Positions 18,305-26,676 of a stretch of DNA of 37,786 nucleotides are shown here, piece after piece (within the stretch, counting starts at the first letter, position 1; each line of letters opens with the position of its first letter). Below the pieces are notes generated by a model, which was not told the DNA's origin, did not search any database, and worked only from the letters and a program-made list of their open reading frames with translations. The position numbers and the translations under genes were made by a program. The stretch covers positions 1 through 37,786 of the forward strand of contig JBLMYG010000124.1 of the NCBI GenBank assembly GCA_050258155.1, given 5' to 3'. The stretch comes from Acidithiobacillales bacterium (GTDB lineage: Bacteria; Acidobacteriota; Thermoanaerobaculia; UBA5066).

Positions 18305-19324
18305 ATGTCCCCCGCCGGCGAAACCAGCCCCTCCGTCCGCATCGCCGACCTGAGATCCCCGGCTCTGGCCCATCTCGGGCTGAAGCTGATCACGGGCCAG
18401 AAGGGCCTCGACCGGCCGATCGAATGGCCTCGCGTCCAGAAGCCGGGCCTCGCGATCGCGGGCTTTCTCGACTACGTCAAGCCGAACCGGGTCCAGATCC
18501 TCGGCAACAGCGAGTTCTCCTATCTGAGGACGCTCTCGCCGCCCGTCGTGCGGGAGCGCCTCGACGCCTTCACGGCGCTGCCGCTCTCGGGCGTCGTCGT
18601 CACGAAGGGGATCACGCCGGTGCCGACGCTCGTGAACCTCTGCCGGCGACGGCAGGTGCCCCTCTTCGTCACGGAGCGGTTGACGAGCACGGTCATCGAG
18701 GGGCTCACCGCCTTCCTCGAGGAGTCGCTCGCGCCCCGCGCCACGCTCCACGGGGTTCTCCTCGAGGTGGGGGGCCTCGGCGTCCTCCTCTCCGGAGACT
18801 CCGGGGTGGGAAAGAGCGAGTGCGCCCTGGCGCTGGTTCAGCGGGGGCACCGGCTCATCGCGGACGATCTCGTCGTGGTCCAGCGCTTCCCGAACGAGGT
18901 GCTCATCGGCTCGTCGGCGGGCCTCATCCGGCATCACATGGAGCTCCGCGGGCTCGGCATCGTCAACGTCCCGATGCTCTTCGGCGTCTCCGCCGTGCTG
19001 GAGCGGCACACCGTCGAGTTCGTCATCTACCTGACCCACTGGGTGGAGGGACGGGAGTACGACCGCCTCGGGCTGGAAGAGGAGTCGCAGGAGATCCTCG
19101 GCGTCGCCGTCCCGAAGGTCACGGTGCCCGTCGCCACCGGGCGCGATCTGGCCCTCCTCGTGGAGATCGCCGTCCGGAACCAGCTTCTCCGCCGGCGCGG
19201 CTACAACGCGGCCCGGGAAATGGCGGCGAAGGTGCACGACCAGATCGCGCGGAAGGCCGCCGCCGACCGGTTCCGGACCGGCCGGCACAAGCGCCGGATC
19301 CTCGCCCGGGTCCGGATGCGATGA
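18305..19324 (+). CDS. hprK: HPr kinase/phosphorylase
   Basis: HGVLLEVGGLGVLLSGDSGVGKSECALALVQRGHRLIADDLV contains the HprK P-loop and signature. ATG at 18305 (an in-frame TTG lies at 18302). Confidence 0.9.
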   Translation: MSPAGETSPSVRIADLRSPALAHLGLKLITGQKGLDRPIEWPRVQKPGLAIAGFLDYVKPNRVQILGNSEFSYLRTLSPPVVRERLDAFTALPLSGVVVTKGITPVPTLVNLCRRRQVPLFVTERLTSTVIEGLTAFLEESLAPRATLHGVLLEVGGLGVLLSGDSGVGKSECALALVQRGHRLIADDLVVVQRFPNEVLIGSSAGLIRHHMELRGLGIVNVPMLFGVSAVLERHTVEFVIYLTHWVEGREYDRLGLEEESQEILGVAVPKVTVPVATGRDLALLVEIAVRNQLLRRRGYNAAREMAAKVHDQIARKAAADRFRTGRHKRRILARVRMR

Positions 19325-20187
19325 CGGCCGGCGACGTCCAGCTTCTCGTGGTGACCGGGCTGTCGGGCTCGGGCAAGTCGTACGTAGGGCACGCCCTCGA
19401 GGACGTCGGCTACACGACGGTGGACAACCTCCCCCTGTCGCTCCTCTCGGAATTCGCGGAGGAGGTGGCCAGCGGGCGGATGCCGCGCCGGAAGAACGCC
19501 GTCGTCCTCGACGTCAGGAATCCCGACTTCGCGGCGGAGTTCCCGGCGCACCTCGAGTCGCTCAGGAAGCGGCTGCCGATCCGCCTCCTCTTCCTCGACT
19601 GCGAAGACCGCGCCCTCCTGAACCGCTTCTCGGAGACGCGCCGGCCGCACCCTCTCGCCGACGGGCGCACCCTCCCCGAGGCCATCGCCCTCGAACGGAA
19701 ACTGCTCGGGAACGTGAAGGAGAAGGCGGACCTCGTGATCGACACGAGCGGGATGACCGTTCACGAGCTGCGCGCCGCCGTCGGCCAGCACTTCCGCGAC
19801 CCGGGCGACCCGGGCGAGCTGGCCGTCTCGATCGTCTCGTTCGGCTACAAGCACGGCCTGCCGCCCGTCGACCTCTGCATCGACGTCCGGTTCCTCGCGA
19901 ACCCTCACTTCGATGCGGTTCTCCGGCCCCGGACGGGGCACGATCCCGACGTCGTCCGTTTCATGGAGGCGGGGGAGCTGACCGAGCCCTTCTACCGACG
20001 CCTCCTCGGGTTTCTCGGCTGGTGTCTTCCCAACTACCGGCGGGAGAACCGGGCCTACCTCACCGTCGGCATCGGATGCACCGGCGGCCGCCATCGGTCC
20101 GTCTACGTCGCCGAGAGGCTGGCGCGTGACGTGGCGGCCCTCGGCTATCCCGTGCGGGTGACACACCGGGACGAGGCGCTGGACTGA
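19321..20187 (+). CDS. rapZ: RNase adapter / nucleotide-binding protein RapZ (YvcJ family)
   Basis: The ATG overlaps the hprK TGA. VVTGLSGSGKS...ALEDVGY..VDNLP...FLDC.D..LL.RFSETRR.HPL...IGCTGGRHRSV. Confidence 0.9.
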   Translation: MTAGDVQLLVVTGLSGSGKSYVGHALEDVGYTTVDNLPLSLLSEFAEEVASGRMPRRKNAVVLDVRNPDFAAEFPAHLESLRKRLPIRLLFLDCEDRALLNRFSETRRPHPLADGRTLPEAIALERKLLGNVKEKADLVIDTSGMTVHELRAAVGQHFRDPGDPGELAVSIVSFGYKHGLPPVDLCIDVRFLANPHFDAVLRPRTGHDPDVVRFMEAGELTEPFYRRLLGFLGWCLPNYRRENRAYLTVGIGCTGGRHRSVYVAERLARDVAALGYPVRVTHRDEALD

Positions 20188-20188
20188 G

Positions 20189-20632
20189 ATGACGGCGATG
20201 CCCGCCGCGGCCGCTCCCGTGGGCCTCCTCCTCGTGTCGCACGGCCCGCTCGCCGCGGCGCTCCGCGAGACCCTGCGGCGGCTCGAGCCGGACGAGACGC
20301 CGGACGTCGGTGCCCTCTCCATCGAGTGGGACGAGGCGCCGGAGGCGGCGGGGCGCCGGCTGGAAAAGGCGATCGCGGCGGCCGACCAGGGCGCCGGCAT
20401 CGTCCTCCTGACCGACCTTTTCGGAGGAACGCCCTCGAACCTCGCCCTCGCTTTCCTCGACCCGGGGCGCGTCGAGATCGTCTCGGGGGTGAATCTCCCG
20501 ATGCTCATCAAGGCCCGCTCCTTTGCGCGGGAGGGAAAGAACGCCCGGGAGATCGCCCGCGCTCTCGTCGAGCGCGGGCGGCGTGCGATCGTCGCCGCCA
20601 CCGAGCTCGTCGCCGGCCCGGACAGGAGCTGA
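20189..20632 (+). CDS. PTS EIIA component, mannose/fructose family
   Basis: GLLLVSHGPLAAAL (active-site His context), GAGIVLLTDLFGGTPSN and IVSGVNLPMLI are typical of EIIA(Man). Confidence 0.8.
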   Translation: MTAMPAAAAPVGLLLVSHGPLAAALRETLRRLEPDETPDVGALSIEWDEAPEAAGRRLEKAIAAADQGAGIVLLTDLFGGTPSNLALAFLDPGRVEIVSGVNLPMLIKARSFAREGKNAREIARALVERGRRAIVAATELVAGPDRS

Positions 20633-20633
20633 G

Positions 20634-20903
20634 GTGGTCGAGGAGACGGTTGTCCTCCGGAACAGGCTCGGCCTTCACGCCCGCGCGGCGGCGAAGCTTG
20701 TCCACACGGCCGCCGGTTTCCGGTCGCGGATCACGATCGAGAAGGACGGCGACTCGGTGGACGGGAAGAGCATCCTCGGCCTCCTCCTCCTCGCGGCGAG
20801 CAAGGGGACGAGCCTCGTTCTCCGCGCGGAGGGTGAGGACGAGGTGGCGGCCCTCGCGGCCGTCCGGGACCTCGTCGACCGCCGCTTCGACGAGAGCGAG
20901 TAG
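20634..20903 (+). CDS. ptsH: Phosphocarrier protein HPr
   Basis: GTG at 20634. LRNRLGLHARAAAKL places His at residue 15 and DGKSILGLL places Ser at residue 46, counted from the GTG. Both canonical phosphosites are present. Confidence 0.9.
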   Translation: MVEETVVLRNRLGLHARAAAKLVHTAAGFRSRITIEKDGDSVDGKSILGLLLLAASKGTSLVLRAEGEDEVAALAAVRDLVDRRFDESE

Positions 20904-20936
20904 GGACGGAGCCGGTCCCCACGTAAAATCGACGGC

Positions 20937-22724
20937 GTGAAGCGGGCCCTGTCGCTCAGCGGGATTGCCGTGTCGCCCGGCGTGGCCGTCGGCCGCGCCG
21001 TGCTCTGGCTCTCCCGCGAGGACACGGCGCCGCACCGGACGCTCGAGCCGGAAGAGATCCCGGACGAGATCGAGCGGTTTCGCCGGGCTCTCGACGCCGC
21101 CGTCGCGGAGATCCAGGGAATGGCCGCCCACGTCGCCGACCGGCTCGGCCCGGACTACGCGGCGATCTTCAAGGCTCACGCGATGGTCCTGAAGGACCAC
21201 GCGTTCGTCGGCCCCGTCGAACGCCGGATCCTCCGGGAGGCCGTCAACTCGGAGTGGGCCGTCGCCGCGACGGCCGAAGAGCTCGCCGGGAGGTTTCGCG
21301 ACCTTCCCGACGACGTCTTCGCGCTTCGCGCCGTCGACCTCGACGACGTGGCGCGCGTCGTCCGGAAGCATCTCGGCGACGAGAGCGTCAGCCGTCTCCG
21401 GATGGAGAACCTTCCCGGCGAGGCCATCGTCCTCATCGCCGACGAGCTGGCCCCTTCCGACGCGATACGGATCCCGCGCGATCGGGTCGTCGGCCTCGCG
21501 ACGGAGCGCGGTGGCGCCACGTCGCACGCCGCCATCCTGGCCCGCTCTTTCGGCCTCCCCGCGGTCGTCGGCGTTTCGAAGCTGCTCGAGGCGGTGGGGG
21601 ACGGCGACCGGATCGTCGTGGACGGGCAGGACGGCGTCGTCTGGCGCGAGCCCTCCGAGGAGATCCTGGGGATCTTCCGCGACCGGCGCGAGGAGGAGGC
21701 CCGCCGCGAGAGGTCCCTGAAGCAGCGGAGCGTCGGCGGCGTGGCGCGGACGACCGACGGCGTCGAGATCGCGGTCCGCGCAAACATCGAGCTGGTGGAC
21801 GAGGTCGCCGACGTCATGGAATACGGTGCGGACGGGGTCGGCCTCTTCCGGTCCGAGTTCCTCTACCTCGCGGCCGGAGACCTCCAGCAGCCCGGCGTCG
21901 AGACGCAGGCGGCGATCTACGCGGAGGTCCTGCGTCGCCTCGCGCCGCGGCCCGTGGTCATCCGGACGTACGACCTCGGGGGGAAGAAGGGGGCGCGGCA
22001 GCTCGTCGGAACGGACGAGCCGAACCCCGTCCTCGGGCTGCGCGGCGTCCGCCTCTGCCTCGCCCGCCCCGAGATGCTCAGGACGCAGCTGACGGCGCTC
22101 CTTTCGGCGGCCTCGGCCGGCGATCTCCGAATCCTCGTCCCGATGGTCTCCGGCGTCGAGGAGATCCGGCGGGTCCGGAACATGATGGAGGAGGTCCGCG
22201 CCGACCTCTCCGGGCGCGGCGTCCCGCTCCCCGACGCGGTTCCCCTCGGAGCCATGATCGAGGTCCCTTCGGCCGCGATCACGGCGGACCTCCTCGCCCC
22301 CGAGGTCGATTTCATGTCCCTCGGGACGAACGACCTGATCCAGTACACCCTTGCCGTGGACCGGGCGAACGAAACCGTATCGGACCTGTTCCGCCCGGAC
22401 CACCCCGCCGTCCTCCGCCTCGTCGCCCGCGTCGCCGAGGCCGCGCGCGCGGCGGGGAAGCCGCTCGCCATCTGCGGCGAGATGGCCGCCGCCCGCCACC
22501 TCTTCCTCGTCCTCCTCGGCTTCGGCATCCGCGAGTTCTCGATGGGGCCGCGGACCGTCCCCGCCATCAAGGAGTTCGCGCGGAGCGTCTCCGTCGCCGA
22601 GGCCTCCCGCGTCGCGAAGGCGGTCCTCTCGCTGACGACACCGGACGAGGTCGCCGCGCTCCTGACTCTCGAGCTTCGCGACCTCCTGCCGGAGGCCCGC
22701 CGCAGCCGGGCGGTGTCGGCGTGA
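20937..22724 (+). CDS. ptsI: Phosphoenolpyruvate-protein phosphotransferase (PTS Enzyme I)
   Basis: GIAVSPGVAVGRA, the phospho-His region ERGGATSHAAILARSFGLPAVVG, then GVGLFRSEFLY, IRTYDLGGKK and FMSLGTNDLIQYTLAVDR. Confidence 0.95.
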   Translation: MKRALSLSGIAVSPGVAVGRAVLWLSREDTAPHRTLEPEEIPDEIERFRRALDAAVAEIQGMAAHVADRLGPDYAAIFKAHAMVLKDHAFVGPVERRILREAVNSEWAVAATAEELAGRFRDLPDDVFALRAVDLDDVARVVRKHLGDESVSRLRMENLPGEAIVLIADELAPSDAIRIPRDRVVGLATERGGATSHAAILARSFGLPAVVGVSKLLEAVGDGDRIVVDGQDGVVWREPSEEILGIFRDRREEEARRERSLKQRSVGGVARTTDGVEIAVRANIELVDEVADVMEYGADGVGLFRSEFLYLAAGDLQQPGVETQAAIYAEVLRRLAPRPVVIRTYDLGGKKGARQLVGTDEPNPVLGLRGVRLCLARPEMLRTQLTALLSAASAGDLRILVPMVSGVEEIRRVRNMMEEVRADLSGRGVPLPDAVPLGAMIEVPSAAITADLLAPEVDFMSLGTNDLIQYTLAVDRANETVSDLFRPDHPAVLRLVARVAEAARAAGKPLAICGEMAAARHLFLVLLGFGIREFSMGPRTVPAIKEFARSVSVAEASRVAKAVLSLTTPDEVAALLTLELRDLLPEARRSRAVSA

Positions 22725-23104
22725 GCGCTCGTCCCGACGCCCGTCGCCCGCGCGTGGTCCCCAAGCCCTGGGGCGAGGAGAGGATCTTCGCGGAAGAGAG
22801 CCGCTACGCGGGAAAGCTTCTGCTCATCCGGTCGGGCGAGGCGCTCTCGCTGCAGTACCATGTGCGGAAGGACGAAACGATCCACGTTCTCGAAGGGACG
22901 CTCGGCCTCTACGTGGAGCGGGACGGCACCCGGAGCGACCTTCGGCTCTCGCCGGGGGAGAGCTTCCACGTCCCGCCGGGCACGCGCCACCGGATGTTCG
23001 CGCCGGCGAGCGACGTTCTCCTCGTGGAGGTCTCGACGCCCGAGCTCGAGGACGTCGTCCGGCTCGAAGACCGCTACGGGAGGGAGGGGACCTCGACGCC
23101 ATGA
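22721..23104 (+). CDS. Cupin domain protein (type II mannose-6-phosphate isomerase C-terminal-like)
   Basis: The GTG at 22721 overlaps the ptsI TGA. KPWGEERIFAEE...SLQYHVRKDETIHVLEG...PPGTRHRM carries the cupin motifs. Confidence 0.7.
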   Translation: MSARPDARRPRVVPKPWGEERIFAEESRYAGKLLLIRSGEALSLQYHVRKDETIHVLEGTLGLYVERDGTRSDLRLSPGESFHVPPGTRHRMFAPASDVLLVEVSTPELEDVVRLEDRYGREGTSTP

Positions 23105-23784
23105 AGCCGCTCGCCGGCCTCGCCATCCTTCTCCTCGGGCTCCCGACCGTCGCCCAGGAGCCGACTCCGCCGCCCGACACATCGCGGAGGGCGGCCCCGT
23201 CTGCCGGTGCCGCTGTCACGCCGACCCCCGCCGCGATCCGGTCACCGGCTCCACCGCCGATCGGCACCGGCGGGACCTCGCTGGCCGACATCGCGCGCCG
23301 GCAGAAGGAACTGCGGGAGCGCGAGGGAAAGAGGCCGTCCCTCGGCGTCATCAGCAACGAGACGCTCAGAAAGGGGGCCGCGGCGGGGGAGGCGTCGCCG
23401 GGGAAGGGAGGCTCGAAATCGAAAGCGCCCCCGACGCCCGCACCTCGGGCGGCGGCCCCGGTCGTCGCCTCGGTGCCCGAGTGGCGCGACGCGAAAGGGC
23501 GGACCGAGGGGGACTGGAAGGGGATCATGGCCGCCGCCCACCAGCGGATTGCCGCTTCCGAGAGCCGTGTGAAGTCGCTGGAAGAGGAGGCCCGTCGCTA
23601 CGAGAACGACTTTTACGCCTGGAGCGACGGGAACTACCGCGAGAGGGTGATCCGGCCCGCGTGGGACCAGGCCCGCGAAGAGCTGGGGAAGGCCCGGGCG
23701 GAGCTGGACGCCGCGAGGTCCCACCTGTCCGATCTGGAGGAGGACGCGCGAAAATCGGGCACGCCTCCCGGCTGGCTCCGGTAG
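23101..23784 (+). CDS. Hypothetical secreted protein (signal peptide, Pro/Ala-rich linker, C-terminal coiled-coil-like region)
   Basis: The ATG overlaps the cupin TGA. MKPLAGLAILLLGLPTVAQE is signal-peptide-like. The C-terminal region is DWKGIMAAAHQRIAASESRVKSLEEEARRYENDFYAWSDGNYRE... Confidence 0.55.
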   Translation: MKPLAGLAILLLGLPTVAQEPTPPPDTSRRAAPSAGAAVTPTPAAIRSPAPPPIGTGGTSLADIARRQKELREREGKRPSLGVISNETLRKGAAAGEASPGKGGSKSKAPPTPAPRAAAPVVASVPEWRDAKGRTEGDWKGIMAAAHQRIAASESRVKSLEEEARRYENDFYAWSDGNYRERVIRPAWDQAREELGKARAELDAARSHLSDLEEDARKSGTPPGWLR

Positions 23785-23831
23785 GGCTCGCGGGACGGGC
23801 CGGGAGGGCGCAATGTTCCGCTGCCTGAAGG

Positions 23832-25217
23832 GTGGGTCCGTTGACGACTAGGCGCCTGTTCGTCGAAACCTGGGGCTGCCAGATGAACGTGCTGGAGAGC
23901 CGCCGCTTCGTCGGTCTCCTTTCGCGCGAAGGCTACGCCGAGACGCGGGACGAGGAAGGGGCCGACGTCATTCTCCTGAACACCTGCTCGGTCCGCGAGC
24001 GCGCCGAGCAGAAGGTCTACGCGCGGCTCGGGCGCCTCGCCCGGCTGAAGAAGAGGAGGCCGGAGGTCGTTCTCGGGGTTTGCGGCTGTGTCGCGCAGCA
24101 GGAGGGGGAGCGGCTTCTGTCGCGTCTGCCACATGTCGACTTCGTTCTCGGCACCGGGAGGATCGAGGCGCTGCCGGAGGTGGTGCGGCGGGTCCGGGAG
24201 GAGCGAGACCGCCCGTGCGAGACGGGGTTCGACGTCGACGAAGTCGGCTACACCCCCGGCGTCATCGCGCGCGACGTCGCCCATCGGGCCGCGATCACCG
24301 TCGTGGAGGGGTGCAACAAGAACTGCACCTTCTGCGTCGTGCCGCTGACGCGGGGCCGGGAAAGGAACCGGCATTTCGACGATGTCGTCGAGGAAAGCCG
24401 GGAGCTCCTCGCGGAGGGCGTCGTGGAGATCGAGCTCCTCGGCCAGACGGTGAACGCCTACCGGGACCCCGCCTCCGGCCGCGACTTCGCCGACCTCCTG
24501 GAGGCGGTCGCGGACCTTCCGGGACTCCGGCGCCTCCGCTTCGTGACCTCTCATCCGCGCAACTTCACGTCGAAGCTGATTCGCGCGATGGCCGGATCGC
24601 CCGCCGTCTGTCCGGCCCTCCACCTTCCCGTCCAGAGCGGCTCCGACGCCGTCCTCCGCCGCATGAAGCGCCAGTACACGCGGGCGGACTACCTGTCCCT
24701 CGTCGCGGAGCTTCGCCTCGCGGTGCCCGACCTCGCGCTCTCCTCCGACGTCATCGTCGGCTTCCCGGGGGAGACGGACGTACAGTTCGAGGAAACGCTT
24801 GCGCTCGTCGAAGAGGTCCGCTTCGCGCAGCTCTTCGCCTTCGCGTATTCGCCGCGGCCCGGCACAGCCGCCGCCCGATGGACGAGCGACGTCGCTCCGA
24901 GCGTCGCGTCGGCCCGCCTCGCGCGGCTTCTGGAGCGGCAGCAGGAGATTCAGCGGGAGCTCCATCGCGAGTTCGAAGGACGCACCGTCGAGGTCCTGGT
25001 CGAAGGACGCGACCGGCGCGGGCGTCTCGCCTCGGGCCGGACCGCGTGCAACCGCGTCACCAACATCGAAGGCGCCGAACCGCTGCCGCCCGGAACCATC
25101 GCGTCGGTTCTCGTGGAGAGAGGATTCCCCAACTCGCTACGAGGACGTCTTCTCCGCGTCGACCCTCGCTCCGGAGCGCAGGAGCAGCAGGGCGATGAGG
25201 CGGCCGCGCTCATTTGA
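23832..25217 (+). CDS. miaB: tRNA-2-methylthio-N6-dimethylallyladenosine synthase
   Basis: FVETWGCQMNVLES (N-terminal cluster), the radical-SAM motif EGCNKNCTFCVVP and a C-terminal TRAM-like domain. The start is GTG 23832 or TTG 23841. Confidence 0.9.
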   Translation: MGPLTTRRLFVETWGCQMNVLESRRFVGLLSREGYAETRDEEGADVILLNTCSVRERAEQKVYARLGRLARLKKRRPEVVLGVCGCVAQQEGERLLSRLPHVDFVLGTGRIEALPEVVRRVREERDRPCETGFDVDEVGYTPGVIARDVAHRAAITVVEGCNKNCTFCVVPLTRGRERNRHFDDVVEESRELLAEGVVEIELLGQTVNAYRDPASGRDFADLLEAVADLPGLRRLRFVTSHPRNFTSKLIRAMAGSPAVCPALHLPVQSGSDAVLRRMKRQYTRADYLSLVAELRLAVPDLALSSDVIVGFPGETDVQFEETLALVEEVRFAQLFAFAYSPRPGTAAARWTSDVAPSVASARLARLLERQQEIQRELHREFEGRTVEVLVEGRDRRGRLASGRTACNRVTNIEGAEPLPPGTIASVLVERGFPNSLRGRLLRVDPRSGAQEQQGDEAAALI

Positions 25218-25299
25218 GATCCAATCTCATTCTTGCCTCTAAGCTATTGATTCTTAGTAATTTAGCGTAGAAAAGAGTGAGTCTTGGCCACCGGCTTCC

Positions 25300-25328
25300 T
25301 TGAAATTGTCAGGAGGCGCCCCTAGATT
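25300..25328 (+). promoter_or_regulatory. Candidate sigma-70 promoter: TTGAAA, 17-nt spacer, TAGATT
   Basis: It lies in the only clearly AT-richer spacer after miaB (25218..25349). -35 TTGAAA at 25300-25305 and -10 TAGATT at 25323-25328. GGAAGGGG (25337-25344) acts as the SD before GTG 25350. Confidence 0.4.
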
Positions 25329-25349
25329 GTTCTACGGAAGGGGTTCGCC

Positions 25350-25835
25350 GTGACGGTAAGAATGGGTGTCAAAGCGCTGATCGTCGACCCGATCGCGAAC
25401 ATGCCCGTGGTCATCCTCCGGGACGACGCAGAGGAAAACCTTCTCCCGATCTGGGTCGGGCTCTTCGAGGCCAACGCGATCGCTCTCCAGATGGAAGGCG
25501 TCACCACGCCCCGGCCGATGACGCACGACCTCCTGAAGAACGTCATCGAGAAGATCGAGGGCGACGTTCTCCGGGTCGTGATCAACGCTCTCGAGGAAAA
25601 CACCTTCTACGCCCAGATCCATCTCCGGGTGGCCGACAAGGAGCTGCTCGTCGACAGCCGCCCGTCCGACGCCATTGCGCTTGCGCTTCGGACGAACGCT
25701 CCGGTCTTCGTCGAGGAAGCGGTTCTCGAGAAGAGCCGGCGCAACGACGAGACACCCGACGGACGGAGTAGCGCGCGTCTCCGGAAGTGGCTCGAGGAGG
25801 TCGATCCCGACTCGCTCGGAAAATACAAGATGTGA
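25350..25835 (+). CDS. Bifunctional nuclease family protein (DUF151/BFN domain)
   Basis: VVILRDDAEENLLPIWVGLFEANAIALQMEGVTTPRPMTHDLL...FYAQIHL...VDSRPSDAIALALRTNAPVFV with a C-terminal ...DPDSLGKYKM tail typical of this family. Confidence 0.8.
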   Translation: MTVRMGVKALIVDPIANMPVVILRDDAEENLLPIWVGLFEANAIALQMEGVTTPRPMTHDLLKNVIEKIEGDVLRVVINALEENTFYAQIHLRVADKELLVDSRPSDAIALALRTNAPVFVEEAVLEKSRRNDETPDGRSSARLRKWLEEVDPDSLGKYKM

Positions 25836-25866
25836 GCGGTGTGCCGAGGGATGGCGCAGTTTCGGC

Positions 25867-25896
25867 TTGCCGGCGCGGACCTCCCGTGAATATCAT
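25867..25896 (+). promoter_or_regulatory. Weak candidate promoter for parA: TTGCCG, 18-nt spacer, TATCAT
   Basis: Hexamers read in the 76-nt BFN-parA spacer. The match is only moderate. Confidence 0.25.
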
Positions 25897-25911
25897 CGGC
25901 GCCTCGCTCCG

Positions 25912-26676
25912 ATGATCATCACCATCGCAAATCAGAAGGGGGGCGTCGGAAAGACCACGACGGCCATCAACGTCTCGGCCGCGCTCGCGCAAAAGAAGCT
26001 CCGTACGCTCCTCATCGACCTCGATCCCCAGGCCAACTCCACGATGTCGTTTCTCGACCGCCGGACGATCGGGAAGTCGATGTACGACGTCCTCACCGAC
26101 CCGGCCACGCCGCTCGATGCGGTCGTCCGCGACACGGCCATCTCGCGCCTCAGCATCGCGCCCTCTCGAATCGCCGTGGCGAAAGTCGAGTCGAAGCTCG
26201 TGGGGGAGATCGACGGACTCTTTCGCCTGAAGGACAAGCTGCAGGGCCGCGACGGCTCTTCGCCCGCCTACGATGCCATCGTCATCGACACGCCCCCGAC
26301 CCTCGGCATCCTGACGGTGAACGCACTCGTCGCGTCGAGCCACATCCTGATCCCGATCCAGTCGTCGTACTTCGCCCTCGAAGGGACCGACGACCTGCTG
26401 GAGACGATCGAGAAGATCAAGAGCCGGCCCAACCCGAACCTCCAGATCGTCGGCATCGTCATCACGCTGCACGACAAGCGGACCACCCTGGGCCGGGACA
26501 TCCGGAGACAGATCGAGGAGGTCTTCAAGGGGAAGCTCTTCCGGACGACGATCTCCAAGTCGATCCGGCTGGAGGAGTCTCCCGCCTACCGGGAAACGAT
26601 CTTCAGTTTCGCTCCGAGGTCGTCCGGGGCGATGGAGTACTACAGCCTCACAGAGGAGATTCTTGCCCGTGTCTAG
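25912..26676 (+). CDS. parA: Chromosome partitioning ATPase ParA/Soj
   Basis: MIITIANQKGGVGKTTTAINVSAALA (deviant Walker A), LLIDLDPQANST and IVIDTPPTLG. Confidence 0.9.
   Translation: MIITIANQKGGVGKTTTAINVSAALAQKKLRTLLIDLDPQANSTMSFLDRRTIGKSMYDVLTDPATPLDAVVRDTAISRLSIAPSRIAVAKVESKLVGEIDGLFRLKDKLQGRDGSSPAYDAIVIDTPPTLGILTVNALVASSHILIPIQSSYFALEGTDDLLETIEKIKSRPNPNLQIVGIVITLHDKRTTLGRDIRRQIEEVFKGKLFRTTISKSIRLEESPAYRETIFSFAPRSSGAMEYYSLTEEILARV

Noticed and set aside
25285-25300. Sigma-54-like TGGCCACCGGCTTCCT upstream of the DUF151 nuclease gene.
   Set aside because: The -12 GC dinucleotide is broken (TTCC instead of TTGC) and the -24 box deviates from consensus. The overlapping sigma-70 hexamers (TTGAAA-17-TAGATT) fit much better.
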